From Ignavibacteriales bacterium (GTDB lineage: Bacteria > Bacteroidota > Ignavibacteria > UBA10030 > UBA6906), in assembly GCA_037441705.1 (NCBI GenBank), contig JBBIRR010000004.1, forward strand, positions 39,241 to 103,240: a stretch of 64,000 nt of DNA, given 5' to 3'. A program made the position numbers and the translations under genes. Positions 30,739-41,277 of the stretch are shown here, piece by piece. Below the pieces are notes generated by a model. The model did no database searches and had not been told where the DNA came from. It worked only from the letters and a program-made list of their open reading frames with translations. Within the stretch, counting starts at the first letter, position 1; the number at the start of each line of letters is the position of its first letter.

Positions 30739-31155
30739 ATGATAATGCGAAGACTTGCATCAGGAATCGTTGGATTGATGATCATAGCAGGCTGCTCGAA
30801 GGACAGCGGCATTCAAGGTCCCGAAGGCAGCCCTTCGGATGTTGTGTTTCCTGCGTCCAACGTCAGCTACGCGCAACATGTGCAGGTGTTGTTCAACCAG
30901 ACTTGCGCTCTCGTCGGGTGCCACAGTCAGGCCGAACCGGGAGACCAGCTGCGGCTCGACACATACGAGAACCTTCGCTTCGGCGTGCGGGGCATTCCCG
31001 TTGTGATTCCCGGCGATGCCCAAAACAGTCGGCTGGTGATGAAGATCGAAGGGCGTGCCGACGGCGCGCGCATGCCGCTCAACAGAAATCCGCTGAATCA
31101 GAATCAAATCACCGGCATTCGCACGTGGATCAATGAGGGGGCACAGCGCAACTGA
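30739..31155 (+). CDS. Lipoprotein c-type cytochrome (planctomycete cytochrome c-like) with CX4CH
   Basis: Lipobox IAGC; VSYAQHVQVLF, CALVGCH, VIPGDAQNSRL, RMP, IRTWINEGA. Confidence 0.75.
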   Translation: MIMRRLASGIVGLMIIAGCSKDSGIQGPEGSPSDVVFPASNVSYAQHVQVLFNQTCALVGCHSQAEPGDQLRLDTYENLRFGVRGIPVVIPGDAQNSRLVMKIEGRADGARMPLNRNPLNQNQITGIRTWINEGAQRN

Positions 31156-31166
31156 CGCTGTTGCCG

Positions 31167-32048
31167 TTACTGGTCCAGCCTCGTATCCTTCCCCCACAAT
31201 AACTTCGCGCGCAGCACTTCGTAGTACGAGCGGTCGATGCGCTTGATGAGCCGCAGTCTGTGATCGGCTTTCCGCACAAAAATTTCCAGCGGCGGCTCGA
31301 GCACTCCGCACTCCTGGCCATCGGTCGAAAGCAGAACTTCATTCGAGGTCGCGTATGTGACGACGCGAATGCTATCCGTGTCGGGAATGATCAGCGGTCG
31401 GCCGCTGAGCGTGTGCGGCGCAATGGGGGTGATACCGATTACGGCTGCCGTGGGAATCACGATCGGCCCGCCATTCGAGAGCGCGTACGCCGTCGAGCCT
31501 GTGGGCGTCGAGATGATCAGTCCGTCGCCGCGATAGGTAACGGCGAACGTCCCGTTGATGTACGTTTCGATATCAATCACGCGGGCCGAGCGCGATTTAT
31601 CCACCACGACATCATTGACCGCATGCAGTACCTTGCCGGGTAAGGAGGGTGTTGTCGCTTCCAGCAGCAAGCGTTCCTCGATAACGTATCGGCCTGCCAG
31701 GACGCTCTCGAGGGCGTTCTGCAGTTCCTCGGGCGCGAATTCTGCAAGGAAGCCGAGCTTGCCGAGATTCACGCCGAGAATCGGCGTTGCGTTCGATCCG
31801 ACTTCGCGCGCGGCTGAGAGCATCGTTCCATCGCCCCCCAGAGCAATGAGCACATCAACGTCGCGCACGCAAGCCTCACGGCTGCACGCATGAACATTGC
31901 CAAGGCTCATCGCCTTTGCGCTCATCAGGCGCACGATGTCCTGGTCGATCACGAAGTCGGCCTTGTACCGCGTGAGGGTCTCAACAAGAAGGTGGACGAC
32001 GGCCGGCAGACCCTGCTTTGAAGTATTTCCGATGATGCCGAAGCGCAT
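31167..32048 (-). CDS. nadK: NAD(+) kinase
   Basis: LGGDGTML, GVNLGKLGFL, AVND, DGLIISTPTGSTAYALSNGG. Confidence 0.95.
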   Translation of the reverse strand: MRFGIIGNTSKQGLPAVVHLLVETLTRYKADFVIDQDIVRLMSAKAMSLGNVHACSREACVRDVDVLIALGGDGTMLSAAREVGSNATPILGVNLGKLGFLAEFAPEELQNALESVLAGRYVIEERLLLEATTPSLPGKVLHAVNDVVVDKSRSARVIDIETYINGTFAVTYRGDGLIISTPTGSTAYALSNGGPIVIPTAAVIGITPIAPHTLSGRPLIIPDTDSIRVVTYATSNEVLLSTDGQECGVLEPPLEIFVRKADHRLRLIKRIDRSYYEVLRAKLLWGKDTRLDQ

Positions 32049-32374
32049 TAGGTTTGCTGAGATGGTTCGTGTTGGGATGGTTGATCGGTTTTGGTCTGTG
32101 CCGCTTTTTCGTCTTTTGCTTTCTCGTCCACGAAGTTGAGTTTCAACTCGCGCAGCAGCTCGTTGAGGAAACGTTCTTCGTCCTTCGAGAGGTTGCCTTT
32201 CGTTTTCTCCTTCAGCATGTCCAGCATGTCGATGGTTCCCTGCGCGGCCGCAAGGTTCCGCTCGATCTTGCCGGTGATGGTGCTCTTCACCTTCCCGAGG
32301 TGTTCCATACACGCTGCGTGATACATGAATATCATTTGAAGGAAGAGTTGACTGTTCTTGTCTGGCATATCCAT
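32048..32374 (-). CDS. DUF1844 family protein
   Basis: HLGK...NLAAAQGTIDMLDMLKEKTKGNL. Confidence 0.85.
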   Translation of the reverse strand: MDMPDKNSQLFLQMIFMYHAACMEHLGKVKSTITGKIERNLAAAQGTIDMLDMLKEKTKGNLSKDEERFLNELLRELKLNFVDEKAKDEKAAQTKTDQPSQHEPSQQT

Positions 32375-32412
32375 ACGGTGTTCTCCTTTCGAATCACGAA
32401 CGTGTCAACGGA

Positions 32413-33165
32413 TCAGGTTCGTTGCTGCAGTTCCCAGAGTTTTGCATACTTGGTGAAAACGTAGGCGGATGAGACGACGCAGAGGATGAATCCTTGAATG
32501 CCGTCGAGGAATCCGCGTTTGACAACATACATCTTGAAGAAAAGAAATGCCGGACGGAGGAGAATATCAAGCACGGAAAACTTCTTGCCGGCTGCCTGGA
32601 GATCCGCGGCCGCCAGCGACGTATAACGATTGAATTTGTGGAAGTAGTGGTAAAGATTGGGGTCCGTGTAGTGCAGCAGGTCGTTCTTCAGCTCGGCAAT
32701 CGGTCCATCCACCACAAGCTGCTCGTGCACGTTGCGTTCCGTAAATCGGGCGTTGGCTTTGCGGAACAGCCGCGTCACGCGTCCGGGATACCAGCCGCAG
32801 TGTTTGATCCACCTTCCCAGAAAGTACGCGCGGCGCGGAACGGAATAGCCGGCGATTGTCTGGTCGTTCCGGCGGAGGGTGTCTTGCATCTCTGCAGCAA
32901 GGTCGTCCGGCACGCGCTCATCAGCATCGAGCCAGAGAATCCACTCGCCCGTTGCGTATTGGAGGGCGAGATTCTTCGTTGCGCCGTACCCGCGCCATTC
33001 CACGTTCAGCACCTTGTCCGTAAACTGCCGGGCCCGCTCCACCGTTCGGTCGGTACTGCCGGAATCGATGACGAGAATCTCATCTGCCCAGCGCACCGTC
33101 GCGAGACACTCCGCAATGTTGTGCTCTTCGTTGAAGGCAAGCGTTATGACAGACAGTTTAGCCAT
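32413..33165 (-). CDS. GT2 glycosyltransferase (WaaE/KdtX-like LPS core)
   Basis: NEEHNI, DSGSTD, LDADE, GWYP, GFLDG. Confidence 0.9.
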   Translation of the reverse strand: MAKLSVITLAFNEEHNIAECLATVRWADEILVIDSGSTDRTVERARQFTDKVLNVEWRGYGATKNLALQYATGEWILWLDADERVPDDLAAEMQDTLRRNDQTIAGYSVPRRAYFLGRWIKHCGWYPGRVTRLFRKANARFTERNVHEQLVVDGPIAELKNDLLHYTDPNLYHYFHKFNRYTSLAAADLQAAGKKFSVLDILLRPAFLFFKMYVVKRGFLDGIQGFILCVVSSAYVFTKYAKLWELQQRT

Positions 33166-34405
33166 GCTCGTTGGTGGTGATAACGTTGTTTGCTGCAAGC
33201 GCGAAGCCGACAATCGTCCACACAATAATGATAATCTCCGCGTCGCCAAAATTCCATTCGAACAGACCGTTCACATGAAAGCCTGCCAGCACGGCGAGCG
33301 CGCCCAATGCTACCGAGCCTCCAAACCAATCGCCGTGCAAGCGCTTCTCGATCTGCCGTACAACAATCCAAATCGTAACAAACAAAGCAATCAGTACAAC
33401 CAAGCCGATGCTTCCCAGCGTGACCGCCCACATGATCAGATTGTTGTGAAGGTGACCCGCGGGTTTCCAGTCGGGCGGCGCATACATCGGCCACACCTGC
33501 TCGATGCCGATGTCGCCGACGCCCACGATCGGATTGTCGAGGAAGATTCTCACACCCGTCGTCCACATCTGCAGGCGCGAGATATTGTTGTAGTGATAGG
33601 GATTGAACGTGCTGGACATCCGCTCGCGCATTTCGGGTGAGGCGAGCATCACAACAGCGACCACCGTGATGACGAGCGGCAGGAAGAGTTTTTTTGCCCG
33701 AAACGCCCCGATGACCACGGCTCCGGTCAGGAAGCCGAGCCACGAGCTGCGCGTAAACGTGAAGAGCAAATTGATGCCGATCGGAACAAGTGAGGCAAGG
33801 GCAAGCCAGCGTACCTTCGCCGGCGTATGCGGGTGAACCGTGAACGGAAGAAGCAACAACATCCCGATCATCATCATGCCGCCGGCCGTCATGTACATCT
33901 GAAAATCCTGCAGACGGCGCTGGAACATGATGAAGTCCCCGAAGTGAATGACGATGCTGCGCAGGCTCCAGAGCGCGACGAAGAGCAGCGACGTGAGAAA
34001 CGTTCCGTAGAGCAGCCGCAGCAAACGCGGCGAACGAATGCTGGCAACGACGAGATACAACACGGGCAATAGGGTCACCCGCCTGTACATGTACAGCAGC
34101 GATTGGGACGTGTTGTGGGCGAAGATCGTCGCCAGCGCCTCGGCAGCGATGAAGGCGAGAAAGTAGTAATCGAACGGCGTGCGGGGCAGCTCATTCTTGC
34201 GACGAAGAACCATCCTGCCCACCCACAGCAGGGCGGCTGCACCGTAAGCAATATTCATCACCGCAATTGAAAGCGTGCTGCTGAACAGGAATGCCATCAG
34301 GAAAATGATGATCGCCGCATCAATCCCCGACGCGCGCGCAGCATCTACTCCAAACAGGAATTGCTTGAGTCGATCGAACGGTGATGGAGAAGAAGCGCGG
34401 TGCAT
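33158..34405 (-). CDS. O-antigen ligase family protein
   Basis: Multi-TM; TFTRSSWLG, SRLQMW...PIVGVG, HLHNN. Confidence 0.85.
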   Translation of the reverse strand: MHRASSPSPFDRLKQFLFGVDAARASGIDAAIIIFLMAFLFSSTLSIAVMNIAYGAAALLWVGRMVLRRKNELPRTPFDYYFLAFIAAEALATIFAHNTSQSLLYMYRRVTLLPVLYLVVASIRSPRLLRLLYGTFLTSLLFVALWSLRSIVIHFGDFIMFQRRLQDFQMYMTAGGMMMIGMLLLLPFTVHPHTPAKVRWLALASLVPIGINLLFTFTRSSWLGFLTGAVVIGAFRAKKLFLPLVITVVAVVMLASPEMRERMSSTFNPYHYNNISRLQMWTTGVRIFLDNPIVGVGDIGIEQVWPMYAPPDWKPAGHLHNNLIMWAVTLGSIGLVVLIALFVTIWIVVRQIEKRLHGDWFGGSVALGALAVLAGFHVNGLFEWNFGDAEIIIIVWTIVGFALAANNVITTNEHG

Positions 34406-34411
34406 GATTCG

Positions 34412-35290
34412 TTAAAGTCGTTCATGAGACGCGGATATGCCGAACCACCGTTTCAGCCGCTTTGTCAACGGCTGAAAGAACAACACAATGTGCCGCACCC
34501 AGTCCGGCGGCTGCTGCTCGATGTGAGGGTCGAACTCCCACGTTGATGCGGCGATCCGCTCGCGCATAACGGCGGGATGCGTGTCGGTGAAACGCTTGAG
34601 ATGGCCGAGGTCGCTGTAGATGAGTTCACGGGGGCGGGCGACTTTCTTGACGTATTCATCGTCGGCATGAAAGAGCTGATGGAAGCCAATGTTCTTTCGG
34701 TACATCACCTCCGGGGGGCGAACCCATCCGTAGTGGTAGATCTCGGCCTCGATCGGCTTGACGCGCAGCAATGTCCCATCCCGATGCCGGAAGTCCATCC
34801 CATCTCCCCAGGAGATGATGTTGGGATGTCGCTTAATAACGCGAGATTCTCGTACGTACCAGTTGCGAAAGTTGTCCTGATAGTAGTCGTAACTTCCGTA
34901 GAAATGTTTGTACGTGAATTGCAGCGCCTCCACCCTCGGGTTGTGGAAGTACTTCTCCATTGCTGCCCGCACCGTGGGGTAATACTTCTCGTGCAGCACT
35001 TCATCGGCCTGAATGTAGAAACACCAATCGCCCGTGCAGGCTGCAAGGGCGTGATTGGTTTCAACCGAAATGAGCAATCCGCCTTCTCGCAGGGACAGAT
35101 CCCATTCTCGCTCGATGATCTTCAGTTTCGGAGAGCCGATAGCCTTCACCAGCGCAAGCGTCTCATCGTCCGAGCTGCCGACGTTCACCACGAACTCGTC
35201 GCAGAGAGGGAGTATGGATGCAATCGCTTCGGTGAACGGATAACCGTAGATCACGCCGTTTCGGATGATGGAGAATCCGCTGACGCGCAC
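34412..35290 (-). CDS. GT2 glycosyltransferase
   Basis: GTG start; VSGFSIIRN, YIQADEVLHE, IYHYGWVRPP. Confidence 0.88.
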   Translation of the reverse strand: MRVSGFSIIRNGVIYGYPFTEAIASILPLCDEFVVNVGSSDDETLALVKAIGSPKLKIIEREWDLSLREGGLLISVETNHALAACTGDWCFYIQADEVLHEKYYPTVRAAMEKYFHNPRVEALQFTYKHFYGSYDYYQDNFRNWYVRESRVIKRHPNIISWGDGMDFRHRDGTLLRVKPIEAEIYHYGWVRPPEVMYRKNIGFHQLFHADDEYVKKVARPRELIYSDLGHLKRFTDTHPAVMRERIAASTWEFDPHIEQQPPDWVRHIVLFFQPLTKRLKRWFGISASHERL

Positions 35291-35292
35291 GG

Positions 35293-37116
35293 CTACACCT
35301 GAAACTGCAGCTCGTACAGGCGCTTGTACGTGCCGTTATTGTTGGAAAGAAGAGCGGCATGCGTTCCCTCTTCGACGATGCGCCCGCGCTCCATGACGAG
35401 AATGCGATCGGAATGCTGAATGGTCGAGAGGCGGTGAGCGATCACGACGGAGGTGCGGCCGGCGAGTGTGCGCTCGACCGCTTCCTGCACAAGAATCTCC
35501 GACTCTGTATCGAGCGCTGAGGTGGCTTCATCGAAGATGAGGATGGGGGGATTCTTCAGGATGGCCCGCGCGAGAGAGATGCGCTGGCGCTGACCCCCGG
35601 AGAGTTTCGTCCCCCGGTCTCCGATTTTCGTTTCGTAGCCGTTCGGCAGGCGTGTGATGAACTCGTGCGCGTTGGCAATCTTTGCCGCTTCAACAATGCG
35701 TTCGAACGGAATGTCGGAGTGCCCGTACGCAATGTTGTGGCGGACGGTATCGTTGAACAGAATCGTCTCCTGTGTGACGATTCCCATCAGCTTGCGCAGG
35801 GAATCAACCGTAATGTCTTTCAAATCGACGCCGTCGATGGTAATCCTTCCTTCGACGGGGTCGTAGAACCGGGGCAGCAAATCCACCAGCGTAGATTTCC
35901 CGCCGCCGCTGGGTCCGACGATAGCGATCCGCTCGCCCTGCCGGATCGTCAGCGAAACATCGTGCAGCACCATGTCGCCGGTTTCGTACTTGAACCAGAC
36001 ATTCTCGTACCGAATCTCGTCGCGGAATTGTCGGATGGGGCGTGCCGAGGGTGAGCTGATGATTGCCGGCTGTGTGTCCAGAATCTTGAAGACGCGCCCT
36101 GCCGCGCCTATTCCCTCCTGCACGCTGTTGAACGTCTGCCCGAACAACTTGATCGGCGGCAGCATTTGCGAAAGGACAACGACGTAGCCGATCAGCGCGC
36201 TGGAGGTCATACTGCTCGTTCCGCCGATGACTCTGCCCCCGACGAACCACACAATGACGGCAATGGCAATCACGCCGAACATCTCCGAGATAGGCGATGC
36301 GAGATTGCGCCGCCGCTGGATGGTCTTCATGAGTTGTGCGTACCGCGAGGATTCGCCGGCAAAGCGCCGCGTCTCGAACTCCTCCATCCCAAATGCCTTC
36401 ACGATCCGCACGTTTGCCAGAGACTCGTCCAGAACCGAAATCATGTCCGCCATCTTCTCCTGCATGAAGATGGATTGCTTCTTCAACGTGTCGGCAATGC
36501 GGCTGATGATAATGCCGCCGAAAGGAATAATCAGCGCGACGATCACCGTTAGCTGCCAGTCGAGGAGCAGAAGCACGACGGTGGAGAGAATGATCGTAGG
36601 CGGATCGCGAAAGAAGCTGTTGACGACAGCCATCGCCGAGTCGTTCAGGATTCTCACATCGTTGACGACGGTGGCGATGAGATTGCCTTTGCGCTCTTCG
36701 GTGAAGTACGAAAGAGAAAGGTTCTGGAGATGCGCGTACACCTCGTTGCGCAAACTGTGCATGATGCCGTGTTCGATGTCGGCCATCAAGTATTGGTTGA
36801 GGATGGAGAACAGATTCTTCAGCAGAAAGGCGGCAAAGACGGCGACCACGAGAAGCAGCAGGGCCGTGCTTCGATCGTAGCGTGCCACGAGGGCGGCAAG
36901 GCCATGTTTGAGGTATGTGCCGAGATTGAAGACGCTCGTCCCCGCAGGCTCAAGCCGATCCGGACTCGGAGGAGAAAACACGACATCAAGCATCGGAATC
37001 AGGAGAATGTACGAAAGCAGCTCCAGCGGTCGGCTGATCAGCATGCAGAGATTGGCCACAAGGAGTTTGAACCGGTACGGCTTGATATAACGGAGAATCC
37101 GGAGGAAAATCTTCAT
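35293..37116 (-). CDS. MsbA-like ABC exporter (fused TMD-NBD)
   Basis: TMD; GPSGGGKST, LSGGQRQR, DEATSALD; lies in an LPS gene cluster. Confidence 0.9.
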   Translation of the reverse strand: MKIFLRILRYIKPYRFKLLVANLCMLISRPLELLSYILLIPMLDVVFSPPSPDRLEPAGTSVFNLGTYLKHGLAALVARYDRSTALLLLVVAVFAAFLLKNLFSILNQYLMADIEHGIMHSLRNEVYAHLQNLSLSYFTEERKGNLIATVVNDVRILNDSAMAVVNSFFRDPPTIILSTVVLLLLDWQLTVIVALIIPFGGIIISRIADTLKKQSIFMQEKMADMISVLDESLANVRIVKAFGMEEFETRRFAGESSRYAQLMKTIQRRRNLASPISEMFGVIAIAVIVWFVGGRVIGGTSSMTSSALIGYVVVLSQMLPPIKLFGQTFNSVQEGIGAAGRVFKILDTQPAIISSPSARPIRQFRDEIRYENVWFKYETGDMVLHDVSLTIRQGERIAIVGPSGGGKSTLVDLLPRFYDPVEGRITIDGVDLKDITVDSLRKLMGIVTQETILFNDTVRHNIAYGHSDIPFERIVEAAKIANAHEFITRLPNGYETKIGDRGTKLSGGQRQRISLARAILKNPPILIFDEATSALDTESEILVQEAVERTLAGRTSVVIAHRLSTIQHSDRILVMERGRIVEEGTHAALLSNNNGTYKRLYELQFQV

Positions 37117-37125
37117 GCGCTTGGG

Positions 37126-39732
37126 CTACTTGACGACGAGATTGACCAGCTTGTTCTTCACGATGATGCGCTTGACAATCTGCTTGCTATTCAGATGCCG
37201 GCGGACGTTTTCGTCGGCAAGGCAGAGCTTTTCGAGTTCCTCTTCGGGCGTGTCCTTCTGCACGACAATCTTGCCGCGGATCTTGCCGTTCACCTGCAAC
37301 ACGATCTCGACCGTCGTTTCTTCCAGCTTGGCTGGATCGTAGCGAGGCCATTGCTCGTAGGTGATCGTCTCCGTGTGTCCGAACTTCTGCCAGAGTTCTT
37401 CCGCAAGATGCGGAGCGAACGGGGACAGGAGAAGGACGAACGGCTCGAGCAGCGCGCGCGGTTTTGTTTCACTCTTCATCACTTCGTTCACGAAGATCAT
37501 CAATTGTGCGACGGCGGTGTTGAAGCTGAGCCGCTCGATATCTTCTCCCACCTTCTTGACGGTGGCGTGGTAGACGCGTTCAAGCTCCGGGGAAGCCGGC
37601 ACATCCTTGATTGCCGGATCGAGGTTTCCCTCCTCGTCCACGTAGAGCCGCCAGACGCGATTGAGAAAACGAAACACGCCTTCCATGCCGCGGGTACTCC
37701 AGGGCTTCATGTCCTCCAGCGGGCCCATGAACATCTCGAACATGCGCATCGCATCGGCGCCGTACTCCTTCACCACATCATCCGGATTGATGACATTGCC
37801 GAGCGATTTGGACATTTTCTTGGCGTTCTCGCCGAGGATCAGTCCCTGATGGCGCAGCTTCATGAACGGTTCTTTCGTGCTGACGTACCCGAGATCGTAC
37901 AGCACCTTATGCCAGAAGCGTGCGTACATCAGATGCAGCACGGCATGTTCCGCCCCGCCGATGTAAAGGTCCACCGGCATCCAGTAGCGTTCTTTTTCCG
38001 GCGAGAAAATCTCCCGGTGGTTCTTCGGATCGAGATAGCGGAGATAGTACCAGCATGAGCCTGCCCATTGCGGCATCGTGTTGGTCTCGCGGCGTCCTTT
38101 GAGGCCGGTCTCTTTATCTACCACATGCACCCAATCCGTTGCGAGGGCGAGCGGAGATTCGGTCGTTCCGCTCGGTTGAAACTTCTTGAGGTCCGGAAGA
38201 AGCAGCGGCAGCTCGTCTTCCGACAACGCCTTCATCGTTCCATCCTCTAAATGGATGATCGGAATCGGCTCGCCCCAGTAGCGCTGACGCGAGAACAGCC
38301 AATCGCGAAGCTTGTACTGTACTGCAAACTTTCCGATGCCGGTGGATTCCAACCATGCCACAATACGCTTGCGTGCTTCCGCCGGAGTGAGGCCGTTGAG
38401 TGACACCTCATCGTTCGCCGAGTTGACCAGAACGCCGTGTTCGTTGTCGGTGTAGGCCGCTTCGCCGACGTTGCCGCCGGCGACGACTTCGACGATGGGA
38501 AGGTTGTACTTCTTCGCAAACGCGTGGTCACGCTCGTCATGGCCCGGCACCGCCATGATGGCCCCCGTTCCGTAACTCATCAGCACGTAGTCGGCAATCC
38601 AGATGGGGATGTCTTGCTTCGTCGCAGGATTGATGGCATACCCGCCGGTGAAAACGCCGGTCTTCTCCGGCTCGATGCCGCGCTGGAGATCGCTCTTGAG
38701 CTTCGCCTGCGCACGGTACTCCTCGACAAGCCTGCGTTGCGATGGAACAGTAATCGCATCAACCAGGGGATGTTCGGGCGCAAGCACCATGTATGTCGCG
38801 CCGAAGAGCGTGTCGGGACGCGTCGTAAAGACGGTGATCGGCTTTTCGATTCCGTTCACGGCAAAGTCAATCCGTGCGCCCTCGGAGCGGCCGATCCAGT
38901 TCGTCTGTTGTTCGATCGTCGACGCGGGCCAGTCAAGCATCTTGCTGTCTTCCAGGAGCCGTTCAGCGTACGCGGTAATGCGCATCATCCATTGCTTCAT
39001 CGGCCGGCGTTCTACCGTGTAGCCCTTCTCCTCCCATTCTGCAACCTCTTCGTTCGCGAGCACGGTGCCGAGGCCCTCACACCAGTTGACGGGAACTTCG
39101 GCAACGTACGCGAGACGAAAATCTTTGAGAATGTCGTGCTGCTCCACGCGAGTCATCTTCTTCCACTCGTCTGCCGTGAAGCACGCCGCAGTATCGCCGC
39201 GGTAGCGCGTACAATCGATGCGTGAGCATCCGCTCTGCTCAAACTCTCCAATCAGTTCTGCGATCGGCCGGGCCTTGTCCGCGCGGTAGTCGTACCATGC
39301 ATTGTAGATCTTGAGGAAGATCCACTGCGTCCATTTGTAGTAGCCGGGGTCGGTTGTATCCACCTCACGATCCCAATCGTAACTCAGGCCGAGCATCTTG
39401 ATCTGTCGGCGGAAGGTGTTGATGTTCTGCTCCGTGGTAATACGCGGGTGGATGTTGGTCTGCATCGCGTAGCGTTCCGCCGGAAGTCCGAACGCGTCCC
39501 AGCCGATGGGGTGTAGAACGTTGTAGCCCGTCATCCGCTTGTAGCGGGCGTAGATATCCGTGGCAGTGTATCCTTCCGGATGGCCGACATGCAATCCGGC
39601 TCCTGAAGGATAGGGATACATATCCAGGACATAAATTTTTGGTTTGGGAAGAAAGTCCACGCTGCGAAATGTCTTGTGGTCATCCCAATACTGCTGCCAC
39701 TTTGGTTCGATGATGTGAAAAGGATAGGGCAT
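37126..39732 (-). CDS. leuS: Leucine--tRNA ligase
   Basis: [40 protein letters not shown]. Confidence 0.98.
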   Translation of the reverse strand: MPYPFHIIEPKWQQYWDDHKTFRSVDFLPKPKIYVLDMYPYPSGAGLHVGHPEGYTATDIYARYKRMTGYNVLHPIGWDAFGLPAERYAMQTNIHPRITTEQNINTFRRQIKMLGLSYDWDREVDTTDPGYYKWTQWIFLKIYNAWYDYRADKARPIAELIGEFEQSGCSRIDCTRYRGDTAACFTADEWKKMTRVEQHDILKDFRLAYVAEVPVNWCEGLGTVLANEEVAEWEEKGYTVERRPMKQWMMRITAYAERLLEDSKMLDWPASTIEQQTNWIGRSEGARIDFAVNGIEKPITVFTTRPDTLFGATYMVLAPEHPLVDAITVPSQRRLVEEYRAQAKLKSDLQRGIEPEKTGVFTGGYAINPATKQDIPIWIADYVLMSYGTGAIMAVPGHDERDHAFAKKYNLPIVEVVAGGNVGEAAYTDNEHGVLVNSANDEVSLNGLTPAEARKRIVAWLESTGIGKFAVQYKLRDWLFSRQRYWGEPIPIIHLEDGTMKALSEDELPLLLPDLKKFQPSGTTESPLALATDWVHVVDKETGLKGRRETNTMPQWAGSCWYYLRYLDPKNHREIFSPEKERYWMPVDLYIGGAEHAVLHLMYARFWHKVLYDLGYVSTKEPFMKLRHQGLILGENAKKMSKSLGNVINPDDVVKEYGADAMRMFEMFMGPLEDMKPWSTRGMEGVFRFLNRVWRLYVDEEGNLDPAIKDVPASPELERVYHATVKKVGEDIERLSFNTAVAQLMIFVNEVMKSETKPRALLEPFVLLLSPFAPHLAEELWQKFGHTETITYEQWPRYDPAKLEETTVEIVLQVNGKIRGKIVVQKDTPEEELEKLCLADENVRRHLNSKQIVKRIIVKNKLVNLVVK

Positions 39733-39745
39733 GCGTTGTCGAGTC

Positions 39746-40636
39746 TTATTGCAAATACACCAAAACCGTTTGCATACTTCCGAGCCGCATTCTGTGCCTG
39801 ATCTCGTCGGGCGACGCTCCCGCGTCAGCCATGCGGCGGGCTGCCGTGTGGCGCAACGAAAGCGGCGTAATGTTCCTGCGCTTTATTCCTGCGAGGACAA
39901 GGTGTGTGTTCACCACCTCTCTGATTGCCCGCGGGGAGAGCCGCCTGCCGCGCGTTCTGTTTCCCATACTCAGAAACAACGGCGACATCGGTTCAAGAGG
40001 TTCGGCGTAGTTCTTCTTTCTCCACGCAAGATAGCGTTCAAGGGCCTGAGCCGCGCCCGATGGAACGACGACGCGGGCGTCTTTTGAAACTCTGCCTTTC
40101 CCCTGCACGGCAAGCATCCGATTCGTTCCCTCTTTCAGATAATCTTCGACGTTTAGCCGCGCAAGTTCCGACTCCGACAACCCGCCGTCTACCATGAGCA
40201 TGATGATCGCCGTGTTGCGGGATGTACGCTCGTCCTCCGCCGAGAGCGTCTCCCACAGCCGGCCTACTTCCTCCTGCGACAGGCACGCACGAGTGTGGCG
40301 CTGCGGCCTCTTATGGCCGCCGACCTCTTTGGCCGGGTTCTCTCCAAGGATTCCCTCCTGGACGAGATGCGAGCACAGGCGCCTCACCGCCGTCAGGTAC
40401 GTCGAAACGGATACCGGGGACAGCCGCTTGGTTGATGTGAGATGGCGCTTGTATCGCTCGATGTCCTCGCGCCGAAAGCGGAACGCGCGATCCGTTGCAA
40501 CCCACCGCGAGAATTCATTCAGGCATCGCCGATAGGTGCCGCGTGTCTCGCCGTTGACCAGTGTGCGCAGGAAGCCAACGATCGCTTCCTGCAGCGCGGC
40601 GGGCGAGGGTTGATAGCTCTGTTCTTGAACACTCAT
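39746..40636 (-). CDS. Tyrosine recombinase-like protein with a degenerate active site
   Basis: SAM-like N-domain + catalytic fold; GLSESE, QGKG, PLSLRH, MRLGS...VY. Confidence 0.8.
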   Translation of the reverse strand: MSVQEQSYQPSPAALQEAIVGFLRTLVNGETRGTYRRCLNEFSRWVATDRAFRFRREDIERYKRHLTSTKRLSPVSVSTYLTAVRRLCSHLVQEGILGENPAKEVGGHKRPQRHTRACLSQEEVGRLWETLSAEDERTSRNTAIIMLMVDGGLSESELARLNVEDYLKEGTNRMLAVQGKGRVSKDARVVVPSGAAQALERYLAWRKKNYAEPLEPMSPLFLSMGNRTRGRRLSPRAIREVVNTHLVLAGIKRRNITPLSLRHTAARRMADAGASPDEIRHRMRLGSMQTVLVYLQ

Positions 40637-40657
40637 CGGAATCGAAACACCTGCGCG

Positions 40658-41191
40658 TTACCAGCCCATACGTTGCTTCAACGCAGAAATCTGTGCCCGA
40701 TGATGCTTGCCATGCCATGCATACAAGCCCAGCACACTCTCCAGCGTAAACTCCTTCTGATACTCGGGATGATAGTAGGTACGCCGGAAGTCCTTCTCTG
40801 ACAGAGAATGAAGAAGAACGACCCACCGTTTGTGCAAAGACTCCAGCAGGCGCAGTGAAACGTCAATCGGTGTGCGCTGCGAATCAGTAAGCTCGGCCCA
40901 GAGATTCTCTTTGTACGGCTTGATCACCGGTCGTTCTTCGGTGAGGGAAAGCTTGAAGCGCATGTAGGCGTTCATGTGACTGTCGGGCAGATGATGAACA
41001 ACCTGGCGAACACTCCACCCGCCCTCCCGATAGGGCGTATCGAGCTGCTTCTCGCTCATGCCGGAAACGGTCTCCTCCAATAGATCCGGTAGCGCCGCGA
41101 TTTCTTCGATCCATGCGCTGCGCTGCGCCGCAGAGATGCGTTCCGGTTGAACATACTTGCCGATGGGATAGCGTTGCCGGTCGAGATCCAT
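40658..41191 (-). CDS. YfiT/BstA-like DinB-family thiol (bacillithiol) S-transferase
   Basis: RYPIG, LDTPYREGGWSVRQVVHHLPDSH, YAWHGKHH. Confidence 0.88.
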   Translation of the reverse strand: MDLDRQRYPIGKYVQPERISAAQRSAWIEEIAALPDLLEETVSGMSEKQLDTPYREGGWSVRQVVHHLPDSHMNAYMRFKLSLTEERPVIKPYKENLWAELTDSQRTPIDVSLRLLESLHKRWVVLLHSLSEKDFRRTYYHPEYQKEFTLESVLGLYAWHGKHHRAQISALKQRMGW

Positions 41192-41277
41192 AATCACTGC
41201 CGAGATTGATGCGTGAAGCGAAGAAAATCTATCCAATTGGCGAGAGACAAGCAAGGAAGGGCGGTGAACAGCGCCCA

